Position numbers and translations under genes: made by a program
Notes under the pieces: model-generated
Seen by the model: only the letters and a program-made list of their open reading frames with translations
Databases searched by the model: none
What the model was told of the DNA's origin: nothing
NCBI GenBank assembly: GCA_023386795.1
Contig: JAEWJB010000178.1
Location: forward strand, 1,269 to 65,268
DNA: 64,000 nucleotides
Origin: Pseudomonadota bacterium
GTDB taxonomy: Bacteria; Pseudomonadota; Gammaproteobacteria; Xanthomonadales; Xanthomonadaceae
Direction: 5' to 3'
Shown: positions 17,557-29,551 of the stretch, piece by piece
Layout: each line of letters opens with the position of its first letter
How positions within the stretch are numbered: the first letter of the stretch is position 1

Positions 17557-17577
17557 AGCCGGCCGCTAAGGCCGGCT
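17557..17577. terminator. GC hairpin between convergent bcsC and the permease gene
   Basis: AGCCGGCC-gctaa-GGCCGGCT forms a perfect 8-bp stem. There is no clear U tract on either strand. Confidence 0.4.
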
Positions 17578-17596
17578 CACCGCCTGCGCGGACACG

Positions 17597-18916
<1,320 letters not shown>

Positions 18917-18927
18917 GCACGGAACCC

Positions 18928-18951
18928 GTAGGAGCGGCTTCAGCCGCGACG
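18928..18951. repeat. REP-like palindromic unit GTAGGAGCGGCTTCAGCCGCGACG
   Basis: It lies in the intergenic space between ettA and the permease gene. The internal hairpin is GCGGC-ttca-GCCGC. Two related copies sit at 37539-37566 and 37619-37641. Confidence 0.5.
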
Positions 18952-18990
18952 CGCCGGCCATGATGCCCGAGCCGGCGGGCCACGGCGCGA

Positions 18991-19020
18991 AGAAAAAGGG
19001 CGCCCTCAAGGCGCCCTTTC
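18991..19020 (-). terminator. Rho-independent terminator of ettA
   Basis: On the minus strand, AAAGGGCGCC-ttga-GGGCGCCCTTT is followed by TTTTTCTT, immediately after the ettA TAA stop. Confidence 0.8.
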
Positions 19021-19027
19021 CCGGAAC

Positions 19028-20695
<1,668 letters not shown>

Positions 20696-20921
20696 GGAAT
20701 CTCCGTATGGCTCGTAGCGCGCGCCCGGCCCGGTCCGGCGGGGCGGATCAGGCGGGCAGGGAATGGGATGGCGCCCAGTATAACGGGAACGTCCGACCCG
20801 CCTTCGGCGAACGTGGCCGACCGGCGACTAAATGGGGGCATTCGTAACCGATTCCAGCCAATGCCTGTTCATCTTGTCGCGCCAATATGTCATCAACACC
20901 CACCACAGCCACGGAGCTGCC

Positions 20922-21407
20922 ATGAATACGATTCGTCTCACTGCCTTGGCGTTGACGTCCTTGCTGGCGCTGGGCGCCGTGGCGCCGTCGGCGATGGCCG
21001 ACGATCACGGCCGTGGCCACCACGGCTGGGATGACCGTGGTCGTGGCCACGACCGCCACCGCGATGACCGCCACGACGACCGCCGTGACTACCGCGAGCG
21101 CCGCGAGGCCTACCACGACGGGTACCGCGACGGCCGCCGCGACTACCGTGGCCCGGCCGTGGTGTACCGCCCGGCACCGCGTCCGGCCTATTACCGTCCG
21201 GCCCCGCCGCCGCGCTACTACGGCTGGGCGCCGGGCCACCGTTACCGCGACTACTACGGCGGCCCGGTCTACGTGGTCAACGACTACGACCGCTACCACC
21301 TGCGTCGTCCGCCCTACGGTTATCACTGGGTGCGCGATGACGTCGGCAACATGCTGATGGTCGCCGTCGCCACCGGCATCATTGCCGACCTGGTGCTGCA
21401 TCACTGA
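20922..21407 (+). CDS. RcnB-family periplasmic protein with a His/Arg/Asp-rich low-complexity region
   Basis: ATG 20922 is preceded by ACGGAG. The signal peptide is MNTIRLTALALTSLLALGAVAPSAMA. The C-terminal motif YHLRRPPYGYHWVRDDVGNMLMVAVATGIIADLVL matches the RcnB/YohN-type fold signature. Confidence 0.7.
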   Translation: MNTIRLTALALTSLLALGAVAPSAMADDHGRGHHGWDDRGRGHDRHRDDRHDDRRDYRERREAYHDGYRDGRRDYRGPAVVYRPAPRPAYYRPAPPPRYYGWAPGHRYRDYYGGPVYVVNDYDRYHLRRPPYGYHWVRDDVGNMLMVAVATGIIADLVLHH

Positions 21408-21430
21408 TTGATCGCCCACGTGCGATCACT

Positions 21431-21461
21431 GGCCGGCCGCCTTGTGCGGCCGGTCTGCTTT
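21431..21461 (+). terminator. Probable intrinsic terminator after the RcnB-like gene
   Basis: CCGGCCGC-cttgt-GCGGCCGG is followed by TCTGCTTTCC. Confidence 0.55.
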
Positions 21462-21573
21462 CCGGCGACCGGGCCGCGATGTCCGCCGTCCTGGTTGGTG
21501 GGGTGGGTGGGCGGCACCTTATAATTTATGCCCCCGACCGCCCTTGGCCGCCCCGGCAGCCCCTGGAGACCCG

Positions 21574-22827
21574 ATGTTCCCGCGTGACGCCCGTATCGAA
21601 ACCTACGATCCCGAACTGGCCCAGGCCATGGCCGCCGAAGCGGCGCGCCAGGAGGATCACGTCGAGCTGATCGCCAGCGAGAACTACGCCAGCCCGCGCG
21701 TCATGGAAGCCCAGGGCAGCGTGCTGACCAACAAGTACGCCGAAGGCTACCCGGGCAAGCGCTACTACGGCGGCTGCGAATACGTGGACATCGCCGAGCA
21801 GCTGGCGATCGACCGCCTCAAGCAGCTGTTCGGCGCCGACTACGCCAACGTGCAGCCGCACAGCGGCTCGCAGGCCAACCAGGCGGTGTACTTCGCGCTG
21901 CTTAACCCGGGCGACACCATCCTGGGCATGTCGCTGGCCCACGGCGGCCACCTGACCCACGGCGCCAAGGTCAACGCCTCCGGCAAGCTGTTCAACGCCG
22001 TGCAGTACGGCGTCAACGACCAGGGCCTGATCGACTACGACGAAGTCGAGCGCCTGGCGGTGGAGCACAAGCCGAAGATGGTCGTGGCCGGTTTCTCGGC
22101 CTACTCGCAGAAGATCGACTGGGCGCGTTTCCGCGCCATCGCCGACAAGGTCGGCGCGCTGTTCTTCGTGGACATGGCGCATGTCGCCGGGCTGGTGGCC
22201 GCCGGCGTGTACCCGAACCCGCTGCCGCACGCGCACGTCGTCACCTCCACCACGCACAAGACCCTGCGCGGCCCGCGCGGCGGCATCATCCTGGCCCAGG
22301 GCGCCGACGAGGACCTGGTCAAGAAGCTGCAGTCGATCGTGTTCCCCGGCATCCAGGGCGGCCCGCTGATGCACGTCATCGCCGCCAAGGCGGTGGCCTT
22401 CAAGGAAGCACTGGAGCCGGAATTCAAGGCCTACCAGGAACAGGTCGTCAAGAACGCCCAGGCAATGGCGAAGACGCTGATCGCGCGCGGCTACAAGATC
22501 GTCTCCGGCGGCACCGAGAACCACCTGATGCTGGTCGACATGATCGGCAAGGACGTCTCGGGCAAGGACGCAGAGGCGGCGCTGGGCAAGGCGCACATCA
22601 CCGTCAACAAGAATTCGGAGCCGAACGACCCGCGTTCGCCGTTCGTGACCTCCGGCCTGCGCCTGGGCACCCCGGCCATCACTACCCGCGGCTACCTGGA
22701 GGCCGACGCGGCCGAGTTGGCGGGCTGGATCGCCGATGTGCTCGATGCGCCGGCGGACGAGGCGGTCATCGCCCGTGTCCGCGAGGCCGTCACCGCGCAG
22801 TGCAAGCGCTTCCCGGTCTACGGCTGA
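21574..22827 (+). CDS. glyA: Serine hydroxymethyltransferase
   Basis: ATG 21574 follows GGAGAC. The sequence [38 protein letters not shown]... with [12 protein letters not shown] is a clear GlyA match. The upstream 44 codons in the ORF track are not GlyA-like. Confidence 0.97.
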   Translation: MFPRDARIETYDPELAQAMAAEAARQEDHVELIASENYASPRVMEAQGSVLTNKYAEGYPGKRYYGGCEYVDIAEQLAIDRLKQLFGADYANVQPHSGSQANQAVYFALLNPGDTILGMSLAHGGHLTHGAKVNASGKLFNAVQYGVNDQGLIDYDEVERLAVEHKPKMVVAGFSAYSQKIDWARFRAIADKVGALFFVDMAHVAGLVAAGVYPNPLPHAHVVTSTTHKTLRGPRGGIILAQGADEDLVKKLQSIVFPGIQGGPLMHVIAAKAVAFKEALEPEFKAYQEQVVKNAQAMAKTLIARGYKIVSGGTENHLMLVDMIGKDVSGKDAEAALGKAHITVNKNSEPNDPRSPFVTSGLRLGTPAITTRGYLEADAAELAGWIADVLDAPADEAVIARVREAVTAQCKRFPVYG

Positions 22828-22930
22828 TGTGATGGCCATGGCATTGCGCCTGTCCCGGAAGCGGCGCGTTCGCGCCGCCGGCCTGCCCCGCGCGACGCGG
22901 CATGCCGGCCATTGGCGCTAGTATTCCGGG

Positions 22931-23464
22931 ATGCACTGCCCTTTCTGCCAGCACCATGACACCCGCGTGATCGACTCGCGGGTGTCCGAGGACGGCGCCA
23001 CCATCCGGCGGCGCCGCGAATGCGAGGCGTGTGGCGAGCGTTTCAGCACGCTGGAAACCATCGAGCTGAAGATGCCGGTGGTGATCAAGAGCACCGGCAA
23101 CCGCGAGGCGTTCGATGCCCGCAAGCTGCGCACCAGCTTCGACCGTGCGTTGCAGAAGCGTCCGGTCTCCGAGGAGCAGATCGAAGCGGCCGTGCGCGCG
23201 GTGGTGCACCAGCTGCGCATGTGCGGCGAGCGCGAAGTGCCTTCGATCCGCATCGGCGAGTTCGTGATGGCCGAACTGCGCAAGCTCGACCATGTCGGCT
23301 ACGTGCGTTTCGCCTCGGTCTACCGCAGTTTCGAGGACGTGGCCGATTTCCGCGAGGAGATCGAAAAGCTCGAACGCGACCTGCCGGTAGGCAGCGAACA
23401 GCTGCCGCTGCTCGACCTGGAGCGCGCCGCCGCTCGCGTGCCGGAGAAAGCCGGCAAGCGCTGA
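22931..23464 (+). CDS. nrdR: Transcriptional repressor NrdR
   Basis: [42 protein letters not shown] contains the zinc ribbon, followed by an ATP-cone. Confidence 0.95.
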   Translation: MHCPFCQHHDTRVIDSRVSEDGATIRRRRECEACGERFSTLETIELKMPVVIKSTGNREAFDARKLRTSFDRALQKRPVSEEQIEAAVRAVVHQLRMCGEREVPSIRIGEFVMAELRKLDHVGYVRFASVYRSFEDVADFREEIEKLERDLPVGSEQLPLLDLERAAARVPEKAGKR

Positions 23465-23504
23465 GCCGGTTGGCCGGACCGGCCGCCTGCCCGACAATGC
23501 GCGC

Positions 23505-24599
23505 ATGCACGAATTCCGCGCCGTCGATCATCTCCACATGGCCCAGGCCCTGCGCCTGGCCGAACGCGGTGCGTGGACCACGCGCCCGAACCCGATGGTG
23601 GGCTGCGTCATTGCCCAAGGCGAGGAGGTGCTGGGCCAGGGCTGGCACCAGCGCGCGGGGGGGCCGCATGCGGAAATCTTCGCACTGCGAGAAGCCGGCG
23701 AGCGCGCTCGCGGCGCCACCGCCTACGTGACCCTGGAACCCTGTGCCCACCACGGCCGCACGCCGCCGTGCGCGCTGGCGCTGATAGCGGCGGGGGTATC
23801 ACGCGTGGTGGCGGCGATGCGCGACCCCTTCCCGCAGGTCAACGGCGGTGGTTTCACCCTGTTGCGCGAGGCGGGTATCGAGGTGCAGGACGGCCTGATG
23901 GCGGCACAGGCGCGCGAGCTCAACCATGGTTTCCTCTCGCGGATCGAACGCCAGCGCCCGTGGGTACGGCTGAAGTACGGGATGAGCCTGGACGGCCGCA
24001 CGGCGATGGCCGATGGCGAATCCAAATGGATCACCGGCCCGGCCGCGCGGGCGGACGTGCAGCGCTGGCGCGCGCGCGCCGGGGCGATCTTCACCGGCGC
24101 GGGCACGGTGGCGGCGGACGACCCTTCGCTGACCGTGCGGCTCGAGGGCGAGGCCGGGGATTTTCTGCCGCCGTTGCGCGTGGTGCTCGACGCCCGCCTG
24201 CGCACGCTCGACCGCGACAAGGTGCGCGCAGGCGACGCGCCGACGCTGTATCTGCACGCCCCCGACGCCACGCCACCGGAGCTGCCCGGCGTGGCGTTCG
24301 CCGCGTTGCCCGCCCATGCGGGTCGCCTGGACCTGGCCGCCGCCATGGCCCTGCTGGCAGCCCGGGGCGTCAACGAGGTACAGGTGGAAGCCGGCGCTGC
24401 GCTCGGCGGCGCGCTGTGGCGGGCCGGGCTGGTCGACGAATTGCTGCTCTACCAGGCGCCGCAGCTGCTGGGTGATGGTGCGCGCCCGCTGCTGGCCGGG
24501 TTGGGCATCGACCACATGGCCGATGCCGTCCACCTGCAGCTTCACGACGTCCGCCAGGTAGGCGCGGACCTGCGCCTGCTGCTGCGCCCGCGCCGCTGA
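23505..24599 (+). CDS. ribD: Bifunctional riboflavin biosynthesis protein RibD (deaminase/reductase)
   Basis: The deaminase motif is present (HAEIFALREAG...TLEPCAHHGRTPPC), as is the C-terminal reductase domain. Confidence 0.95.
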   Translation: MHEFRAVDHLHMAQALRLAERGAWTTRPNPMVGCVIAQGEEVLGQGWHQRAGGPHAEIFALREAGERARGATAYVTLEPCAHHGRTPPCALALIAAGVSRVVAAMRDPFPQVNGGGFTLLREAGIEVQDGLMAAQARELNHGFLSRIERQRPWVRLKYGMSLDGRTAMADGESKWITGPAARADVQRWRARAGAIFTGAGTVAADDPSLTVRLEGEAGDFLPPLRVVLDARLRTLDRDKVRAGDAPTLYLHAPDATPPELPGVAFAALPAHAGRLDLAAAMALLAARGVNEVQVEAGAALGGALWRAGLVDELLLYQAPQLLGDGARPLLAGLGIDHMADAVHLQLHDVRQVGADLRLLLRPRR

Positions 24600-24678
24600 G
24601 GCCGGGCCGCGGGCCCTCAAGCAGGTTGTGGCCAAATGCAGCATTCCGCGCATGCAACCCGGGCCGCGCCGGGGCGTT

Positions 24679-24687
24679 TGCTAGAAT
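24679..24687 (+). promoter_or_regulatory. Candidate extended -10 promoter (TGcTAGAAT) feeding the FMN riboswitch
   Basis: TGCTAGAAT lies about 30 nt upstream of the riboswitch P1 stem. I saw no convincing -35 element. Confidence 0.35.
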
Positions 24688-24716
24688 GCCCGCGCCGGTT
24701 CGCCGGCAACCAATGA

Positions 24717-24860
24717 ACGTCTTCAGGGCGGGGTGCGATTCCCCACCGGCGGTAGGTGCCCACCCGGCACGAGCCCGCGAGCGCTCCCGGCCCCGCCGGG
24801 AGGTCAGCAGATCCGGTCCGATGCCGGAGCCGACGGTACAGTCCGGATGAAAGAAGACGG
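24717..24860 (+). promoter_or_regulatory. FMN riboswitch (RFN element) aptamer
   Basis: P1 pairs ACGTCTTC with GAAGACG. The conserved cores are present: CAGGGCGGGGTGCGATTCCCCACCGGCGGTA, AGCCCGCGAGCG, GTCAGCAGATCCGGT, GCCGGAGCCGACGGTACAGTCCGGATGAAAGAAG. Confidence 0.92.
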
Positions 24861-24991
24861 CCAGCGCGCGATCCGGCGGATCGTGCGTGCGCCTGTTTGC
24901 CTTGCGGCGTTTTTCGCTCACTTCATGCGGGAAACGACATGCACCACGTACAGCACCATTCCTTGCACGCCCTCCGGCCGGAGGTGCGCTG

Positions 24992-25594
24992 ATGTTCACC
25001 GGCATCATCGAAGGCGTCGGCCGCCTGGCCGAGCGCGAGCCGCGCGGCGGCGACGTGCGCTTCAAGTTCGAAACCGGCGCGCTGCCGTTCGACCACGTCC
25101 AGCTGGGCGAGAGCATCGCCGTCAACGGCGTGTGCCTGACCGTGATCGCGTTCGACGAGCGCAGCTTCCACGCCGACGCCTCCACCGAGACGCTCTCGCT
25201 CACCACGCTGGGCGAACTGCCGGTGGGGGCGGCGCTGAACCTGGAGCGCGCCATGCGCCCGACCGACCGCCTCGGCGGCCACCTGGTCAGCGGCCATGTC
25301 GACGGCCTCGGCCGCGTGCTGTCGGTGCATGATGACGCGCGCGCGCAGCGCTGGCGTTTCGCCGCGCCGGCCGCGCTCTTGAAGTACATCGCCAAGAAGG
25401 GTTCGATCTGCGTGGACGGCGTCAGCCTTACCGTCAACGAAGTGGATGGCGAGGGCTTCGAGGTCGCGCTGATCCCGCACACCGTGGCGCACACGCGCTT
25501 CGCGCAGACCCAGGTGGGCGATGCGGTGAACCTGGAGATCGACCTGGTCGCGCGCTACGTCGAACGCCTGCTCGGCGAGCGGGGCGCGGCATGA
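24992..25594 (+). CDS. ribE: Riboflavin synthase (alpha chain)
   Basis: ATG 24992 follows GGAGGTG. MFTGIIEGVGR...GESIAVNGVCLTV and the second-repeat motif GSICVDGVSLTV are present. Confidence 0.93.
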   Translation: MFTGIIEGVGRLAEREPRGGDVRFKFETGALPFDHVQLGESIAVNGVCLTVIAFDERSFHADASTETLSLTTLGELPVGAALNLERAMRPTDRLGGHLVSGHVDGLGRVLSVHDDARAQRWRFAAPAALLKYIAKKGSICVDGVSLTVNEVDGEGFEVALIPHTVAHTRFAQTQVGDAVNLEIDLVARYVERLLGERGAA

Positions 25595-26691
25595 ACTTCG
25601 CCACCGTTCCCGAACTGCTGGAAGAAATCCGCGCCGGCCGCATGGTGGTCATCGTCGATGACGAGGACCGCGAGAACGAAGGCGACCTCATCATGGCCGC
25701 CGAGCTGGTCAAGCCAGCCGACATCAACTTCATGGTCACCCACGGTCGCGGCCTGGTGTGCCTGCCGCTGACCCGCGAGCGCGCCGCCCAGCTCGGCCTG
25801 GCGCCGATGGTGCGTGCCAACACCGCGCAGTTCCAGACCAACTTCACTGTCTCCATCGAGGCAGCCGAGGGCGTCACCACCGGCATTTCGGCCTACGACC
25901 GCGCCCACACCATCCGCACCGCGGTCAAGCCGGATGCGCGGCCGGAAGACCTGCACCAGCCCGGCCACATCTTCCCGCTGATCGCCCAGCCCGGCGGCGT
26001 GCTGACCCGCGCCGGCCACACCGAGGCCGGCGTGGACCTGGCGATGCTCGCCGGCCTGGAGCCGGCCGGCGTGCTGGTGGAGATCCTCAACCCCGACGGC
26101 AGCATGGCGCGCCGCCCGGAGCTGGAGGTTTTCGCGCGCGAGCACGGCCTGAAGATCGGCTCGATCGCCGACCTGATCGCCTACCGCCTGGCCACCGAAC
26201 ATACCGTCGAGCGCGTGGACGAGCGCGAGATCGACACCGAGTTCGGCCCCTTCCAACTGGTTACCTACCGCGACCGCATCGCCCACGACCTGCATTTCGC
26301 ACTGGTGCGCGGCACGCCCGACAAGCACACCCCGACGCTGGTCCGCGTGCAGGTCGAGAACCCGCTGGCCGACCTGCTGCACTGGCGGCGCGACGATTTC
26401 GGCGTGGCCAGCGCCGATGCCTTGCGTGCCATCGCTGCCGAAGGGCAGGGCGTGATGGTGGTGCTGTCGGCTCCGCGCGATGAAACGAGCCTGCTGGCAC
26501 GGCTGCGGCGCGAGCCGGTGAGCCGCCCGGCCGGCAAGGACAAGGACGTCGGCCAGTGGCGCCGCAACGGCGCCGGCGGGCAGATCCTGGCCGACCTGGG
26601 CCTGGGCAAATTGCGCGTGCTGGGTACGCCCCGTCGGCAGATCGGCCTGGCCGGCTATGGCCTGGAAATCGTCGAGACGGTCGAGCCCTGA
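25591..26691 (+). CDS. ribBA: 3,4-dihydroxy-2-butanone-4-phosphate synthase fused to a Cys-less GTP-cyclohydrolase-II-like domain (RibBX-type)
   Basis: The N-terminal DHBP synthase domain is present (VDDEDRENEGDLIMAAE...RAGHTEAGVDLA). The C-terminal half aligns to RibA, but RVQVENPLADLLH sits where the zinc-binding Cys residues would be. Confidence 0.88.
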   Translation: MNFATVPELLEEIRAGRMVVIVDDEDRENEGDLIMAAELVKPADINFMVTHGRGLVCLPLTRERAAQLGLAPMVRANTAQFQTNFTVSIEAAEGVTTGISAYDRAHTIRTAVKPDARPEDLHQPGHIFPLIAQPGGVLTRAGHTEAGVDLAMLAGLEPAGVLVEILNPDGSMARRPELEVFAREHGLKIGSIADLIAYRLATEHTVERVDEREIDTEFGPFQLVTYRDRIAHDLHFALVRGTPDKHTPTLVRVQVENPLADLLHWRRDDFGVASADALRAIAAEGQGVMVVLSAPRDETSLLARLRREPVSRPAGKDKDVGQWRRNGAGGQILADLGLGKLRVLGTPRRQIGLAGYGLEIVETVEP

Positions 26692-26769
26692 GCCCGCGTT
26701 CACGCATGCAGCGCGGTCCCCGGGGCCGCGCCGCGTTAAACTGACCCACCTTTCGAGCCCCCGCAGCAC

Positions 26770-27237
26770 ATGAGCCACTACGAAGGCGACCTCCGCGCCC
26801 CCGAAAACGCGCGCTTCGCGATCATCGCCAGCCGCTGGAATGCCCGCATCACCGATGCGCTGGTAGCCGGCGCGCGGCAGAGCCTGGCCGGCAACGGCAT
26901 CGCCGAAGGCGCCATCGACGTGGTCCGCGTGCCCGGCGCCTGGGAACTGCCGCTGGTCGCCGCGCGCCTGGCCGCCGGCGGTCGCCATGCGGCGATCATC
27001 GCGCTCGGCTGCGTGATCCGCGGCGATACCCGCCACTACGAACACGTCGCCGACCTGTGTGCCGAGGGCCTGATGCGCGTGCAGCTCGACCACCGCCTGC
27101 CGGTGCTCAACGGCGTGCTTGCCGTCGAGCGCGTGGAGGATGCCGAGGCGCGTGCCGGCGGCAGCCACGGCAACAAGGGCGAGGAGGCCGCGCTGGCGGC
27201 CCTGGAAATGATCAACCTGGTGGAGCAGCTGCCATGA
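26770..27237 (+). CDS. ribH: 6,7-dimethyl-8-ribityllumazine synthase
   Basis: 155 aa, with [21 protein letters not shown]...VPGAWELPL...[16 protein letters not shown]. Confidence 0.95.
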   Translation: MSHYEGDLRAPENARFAIIASRWNARITDALVAGARQSLAGNGIAEGAIDVVRVPGAWELPLVAARLAAGGRHAAIIALGCVIRGDTRHYEHVADLCAEGLMRVQLDHRLPVLNGVLAVERVEDAEARAGGSHGNKGEEAALAALEMINLVEQLP

Positions 27238-27716
27238 ACAAGTCCACCGGTCCGAAGCAGAACGGCCCTCGTCCGCCGCGCCGCGATGGCGTGGACCCGG
27301 TGTTGCGCTCGCGTGCGCGTCGCCGCGCCCTGCAGGCCATCTACGCCTGGCAGATCTCCGGCGGCTTCGCCAAGCAGGTCATCGCCCAGTTCGCCCACGA
27401 GCAGGCCCACGAGATCGCCGACCTGGCGTATTTCGAGGCGTTGGTGGAAGGCGTGCTGGCACACCGCGCCGAGCTGGACGAGGCGCTGGTCGAATACCTC
27501 GACCGCAGCGTCGAGGAAGTGGACGCCATCGAGCGTGCGGTGCTGCGCCTGGCCGCCTACGAGCTGCTGTACCGCCAGGACGTGCCGTACCGCGTGGTGA
27601 TCAACGAAGCCATCGAAACGGCCAAGCGTTTCGGCTCCGAGCACGGCCACACCTACGTCAACGGCGTGCTGGACCGCGCCGCGCTGGCGTGGCGCAAGGT
27701 CGAATCGGGCGGCTGA
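27234..27716 (+). CDS. nusB: Transcription antitermination factor NusB
   Basis: ATG 27234 overlaps the ribH stop (ATGA). [15 protein letters not shown]...[35 protein letters not shown] is NusB-like. Confidence 0.93.
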   Translation: MNKSTGPKQNGPRPPRRDGVDPVLRSRARRRALQAIYAWQISGGFAKQVIAQFAHEQAHEIADLAYFEALVEGVLAHRAELDEALVEYLDRSVEEVDAIERAVLRLAAYELLYRQDVPYRVVINEAIETAKRFGSEHGHTYVNGVLDRAALAWRKVESGG

Positions 27717-27732
27717 TCGCGCCCGCCGGCCG

Positions 27733-28704
27733 ATGCCCGAGTTCGCCCTGATCGACCGCCTGCGTCGCCGTGTGCGCGGTCGCGAGGACGTGGCACTGGG
27801 CATCGGCGACGATGCCGCGCTGCTGCAACCGCCGGCCGGCGAGCAGCTGGCGATGACCGCCGACACGCTCAATGCCGGCGTGCATTTCCCCGTCGAAACC
27901 GCACCGGCCGATATCGGCTGGAAGACGCTGGCGGTCAATCTCTCCGACCTGGCCGCGATGGGTGCGCAGCCGCGCTGGTGCACGTTGTCGCTCTCGCTGC
28001 CCGAAGACGAGCCGGCGTGGCTGGACGCGTTCGCCGACGGCTTCTTTGCGCTGGCCGACGCGCACGGCATCGTGCTGGTGGGCGGGGACACCACGCGCGG
28101 CCCGCTGTCGCTGTCCGTCACCGCCATCGGCAGCGTGCCGCCGGGGGCGGCGCTGCGTCGCGATGGTGCGCGCGTCGGCGATGACATCTGGATCACCGGC
28201 ACGCCCGGCGAGGCCGCCGCCGCGCTCGCGCTGTGGCAGCGGGGCGACCTCGACGTCACCACGCCCGCCGTCGAACCGGCGCGCGAACAGCTGCGCCAGC
28301 GCTTGCTGCGGCCCACGCCACGCGTGGAAGCCGGCTTGCGGCTGCGCGGACTCGCGCATGCCTGCGTGGATGTCTCCGACGGAATGCTCGCCGACCTCGG
28401 CCACCTGTGCACCCGCAGCGGCGTGGGCGCGCGGATCACGCTGGAAGGCCTGCCGCTGTCGCCGGCGCTGCGCGCGTTGGGGGATCGCCGTGCGCGCGAA
28501 TGGCAGCTGGGCGGTGGCGACGATTACGAACTGTGCTTCACCGCCGCCGCGGCCGACCGCGACGCCGTGCAGCGCGCACTCGAGTTCGCCGGCACGCACG
28601 GCCAGGTGATCGGCCGCGTGGTGGCGGGCGAGGGCCTTCAGGTGCTGGACGAGGAAGGCTGCGCCTGGCATCCCCCGCGCAGCGGCTACCAGCATTTCGG
28701 CTGA
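27733..28704 (+). CDS. thiL: Thiamine-monophosphate kinase
   Basis: MPEFALIDRL...GIGDDAALL...DTLNAGVHFP, GGDTTRGPLSLSVTAIG and GGDDYELCFT are present. Confidence 0.93.
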   Translation: MPEFALIDRLRRRVRGREDVALGIGDDAALLQPPAGEQLAMTADTLNAGVHFPVETAPADIGWKTLAVNLSDLAAMGAQPRWCTLSLSLPEDEPAWLDAFADGFFALADAHGIVLVGGDTTRGPLSLSVTAIGSVPPGAALRRDGARVGDDIWITGTPGEAAAALALWQRGDLDVTTPAVEPAREQLRQRLLRPTPRVEAGLRLRGLAHACVDVSDGMLADLGHLCTRSGVGARITLEGLPLSPALRALGDRRAREWQLGGGDDYELCFTAAAADRDAVQRALEFAGTHGQVIGRVVAGEGLQVLDEEGCAWHPPRSGYQHFG

Positions 28705-28723
28705 GCCCACGCCCGCTGGGCGG

Positions 28724-28773
28724 TTACGCCGAATTTACGCGCGCGACGCGTGCCTGCCATAGCGACTTTACGC
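28724..28773 (+). promoter_or_regulatory. Three phased TTACGC/TTTACGC repeats; candidate OmpR-family (KdpE-like) operator
   Basis: TTACGC starts at 28724, 28735 and 28768. The offsets of 11 and 33 bp are whole helical turns. The first two copies form TTACGC-cgaat-TTACGC. They lie upstream of the porin-kdp gene string. Confidence 0.35.
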
Positions 28774-28840
28774 AGGCGGCGCCCAGACTTTCGTGATCGG
28801 CGGAATGGTTCCGCCTCGATCACCGAAAGGCCACCCACCC

Positions 28841-29551
28841 ATGTATTCCCCGCTTCACCTCGCCAGCCGCGGATCCGCGCGCGCTGCCCTCGTGCTGTGC
28901 CTGAGTGCGGCCGCCCCGCTGTCGGCCGCCAGCACGCTGTCCGGCAACATGAGCCTCACCAGCGATTACGTCTGGCGCGGCACCACCCAGACCCAGGGCG
29001 ACTTCGCCGCCCAGGCAGGCCTGAAGTGGGCCGCCGACAACGGCCTGTACGCTGCGGCCTGGGGCTCGAACGTGGAATTCGCCCCGCAGACCCATGTCAG
29101 CAGCGAGCTGGACCTGATCCTCGGCTGGAGCGGCAACCTGTCCGACGACTGGGCGCTGGATGCCAACCTCACCCACTACCGCTATCCCTCGACCACCGTC
29201 GACCTCAACTGGACCGAGCTCAACGGCACCCTGACCTGGAAACAGAACTACTGGGCGCAGCTGGGTTGGTCGAACGACGTGATGGCCAGCGACGAAACCG
29301 GCACCTATGCGCAGGTCGGCGCGCGCTTCCCGCTGGGTGAGCGCTTCCGCATCGAGGCTGCACTGGGCCATTACTGGCTCGACGACGCCTACGGCGACAG
29401 CTACACCCACGGCCAGCTCGGCGTGGTGTGGGCGATCCGCTCGCCGCTGGAACTGCGCGTGACCGCGCACGACACCGACCATGCCGCCGAACGTCTGTTC
29501 CCCGGCCTGGCCGGTTCGCGCGTGGAAGCGGCGCTGCAAGCTTCCTTCTGA
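28841..29551 (+). CDS. TorF/Gcw_chp-family putative outer-membrane beta-barrel porin
   Basis: The start is ATG 28841. It has a signal peptide (...LSAAAPLSAAS) and family-typical motifs: GNMSLTSDYVWRGTTQT, AAWGSNVEF, ELDLILGW, and a terminal aromatic residue (...ALQASF). Confidence 0.75.
   Translation: MYSPLHLASRGSARAALVLCLSAAAPLSAASTLSGNMSLTSDYVWRGTTQTQGDFAAQAGLKWAADNGLYAAAWGSNVEFAPQTHVSSELDLILGWSGNLSDDWALDANLTHYRYPSTTVDLNWTELNGTLTWKQNYWAQLGWSNDVMASDETGTYAQVGARFPLGERFRIEAALGHYWLDDAYGDSYTHGQLGVVWAIRSPLELRVTAHDTDHAAERLFPGLAGSRVEAALQASF

Noticed and set aside
21462-21573. A possible ZTP (pfl) or other riboswitch in the glyA leader.
   Set aside because: The leader lacks the conserved GGGTCGTGAC...TGGCG and CCGCCTGGGC cores; only a loose ACCGCCCTTGGCC resemblance exists. 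A TATAAT at 21520-21525 would leave only about 40 nt of leader.
21442-21573. N-terminal extensions offered by the ORF track for glyA. The same applies to ribE (24887), the permease (19009), rcnB-like (20832), the porin (28793), kdpC (33422), mraY (50535), the FAD oxidase (39093), the YdjM-like gene (39613) and bcsD-like (6279).
   Set aside because: The extended residues are not family-like. Internal ATGs with Shine-Dalgarno-like sequences reproduce the canonical N-termini.
24889-24914. Calling a definite intrinsic terminator as the riboswitch expression platform.
   Set aside because: Only about 5 bp of stem (GCGCC/GGCGT) precede the TTTTT run. I could not identify a convincing antiterminator alternative by eye, so the mechanism is left open in the finding above.
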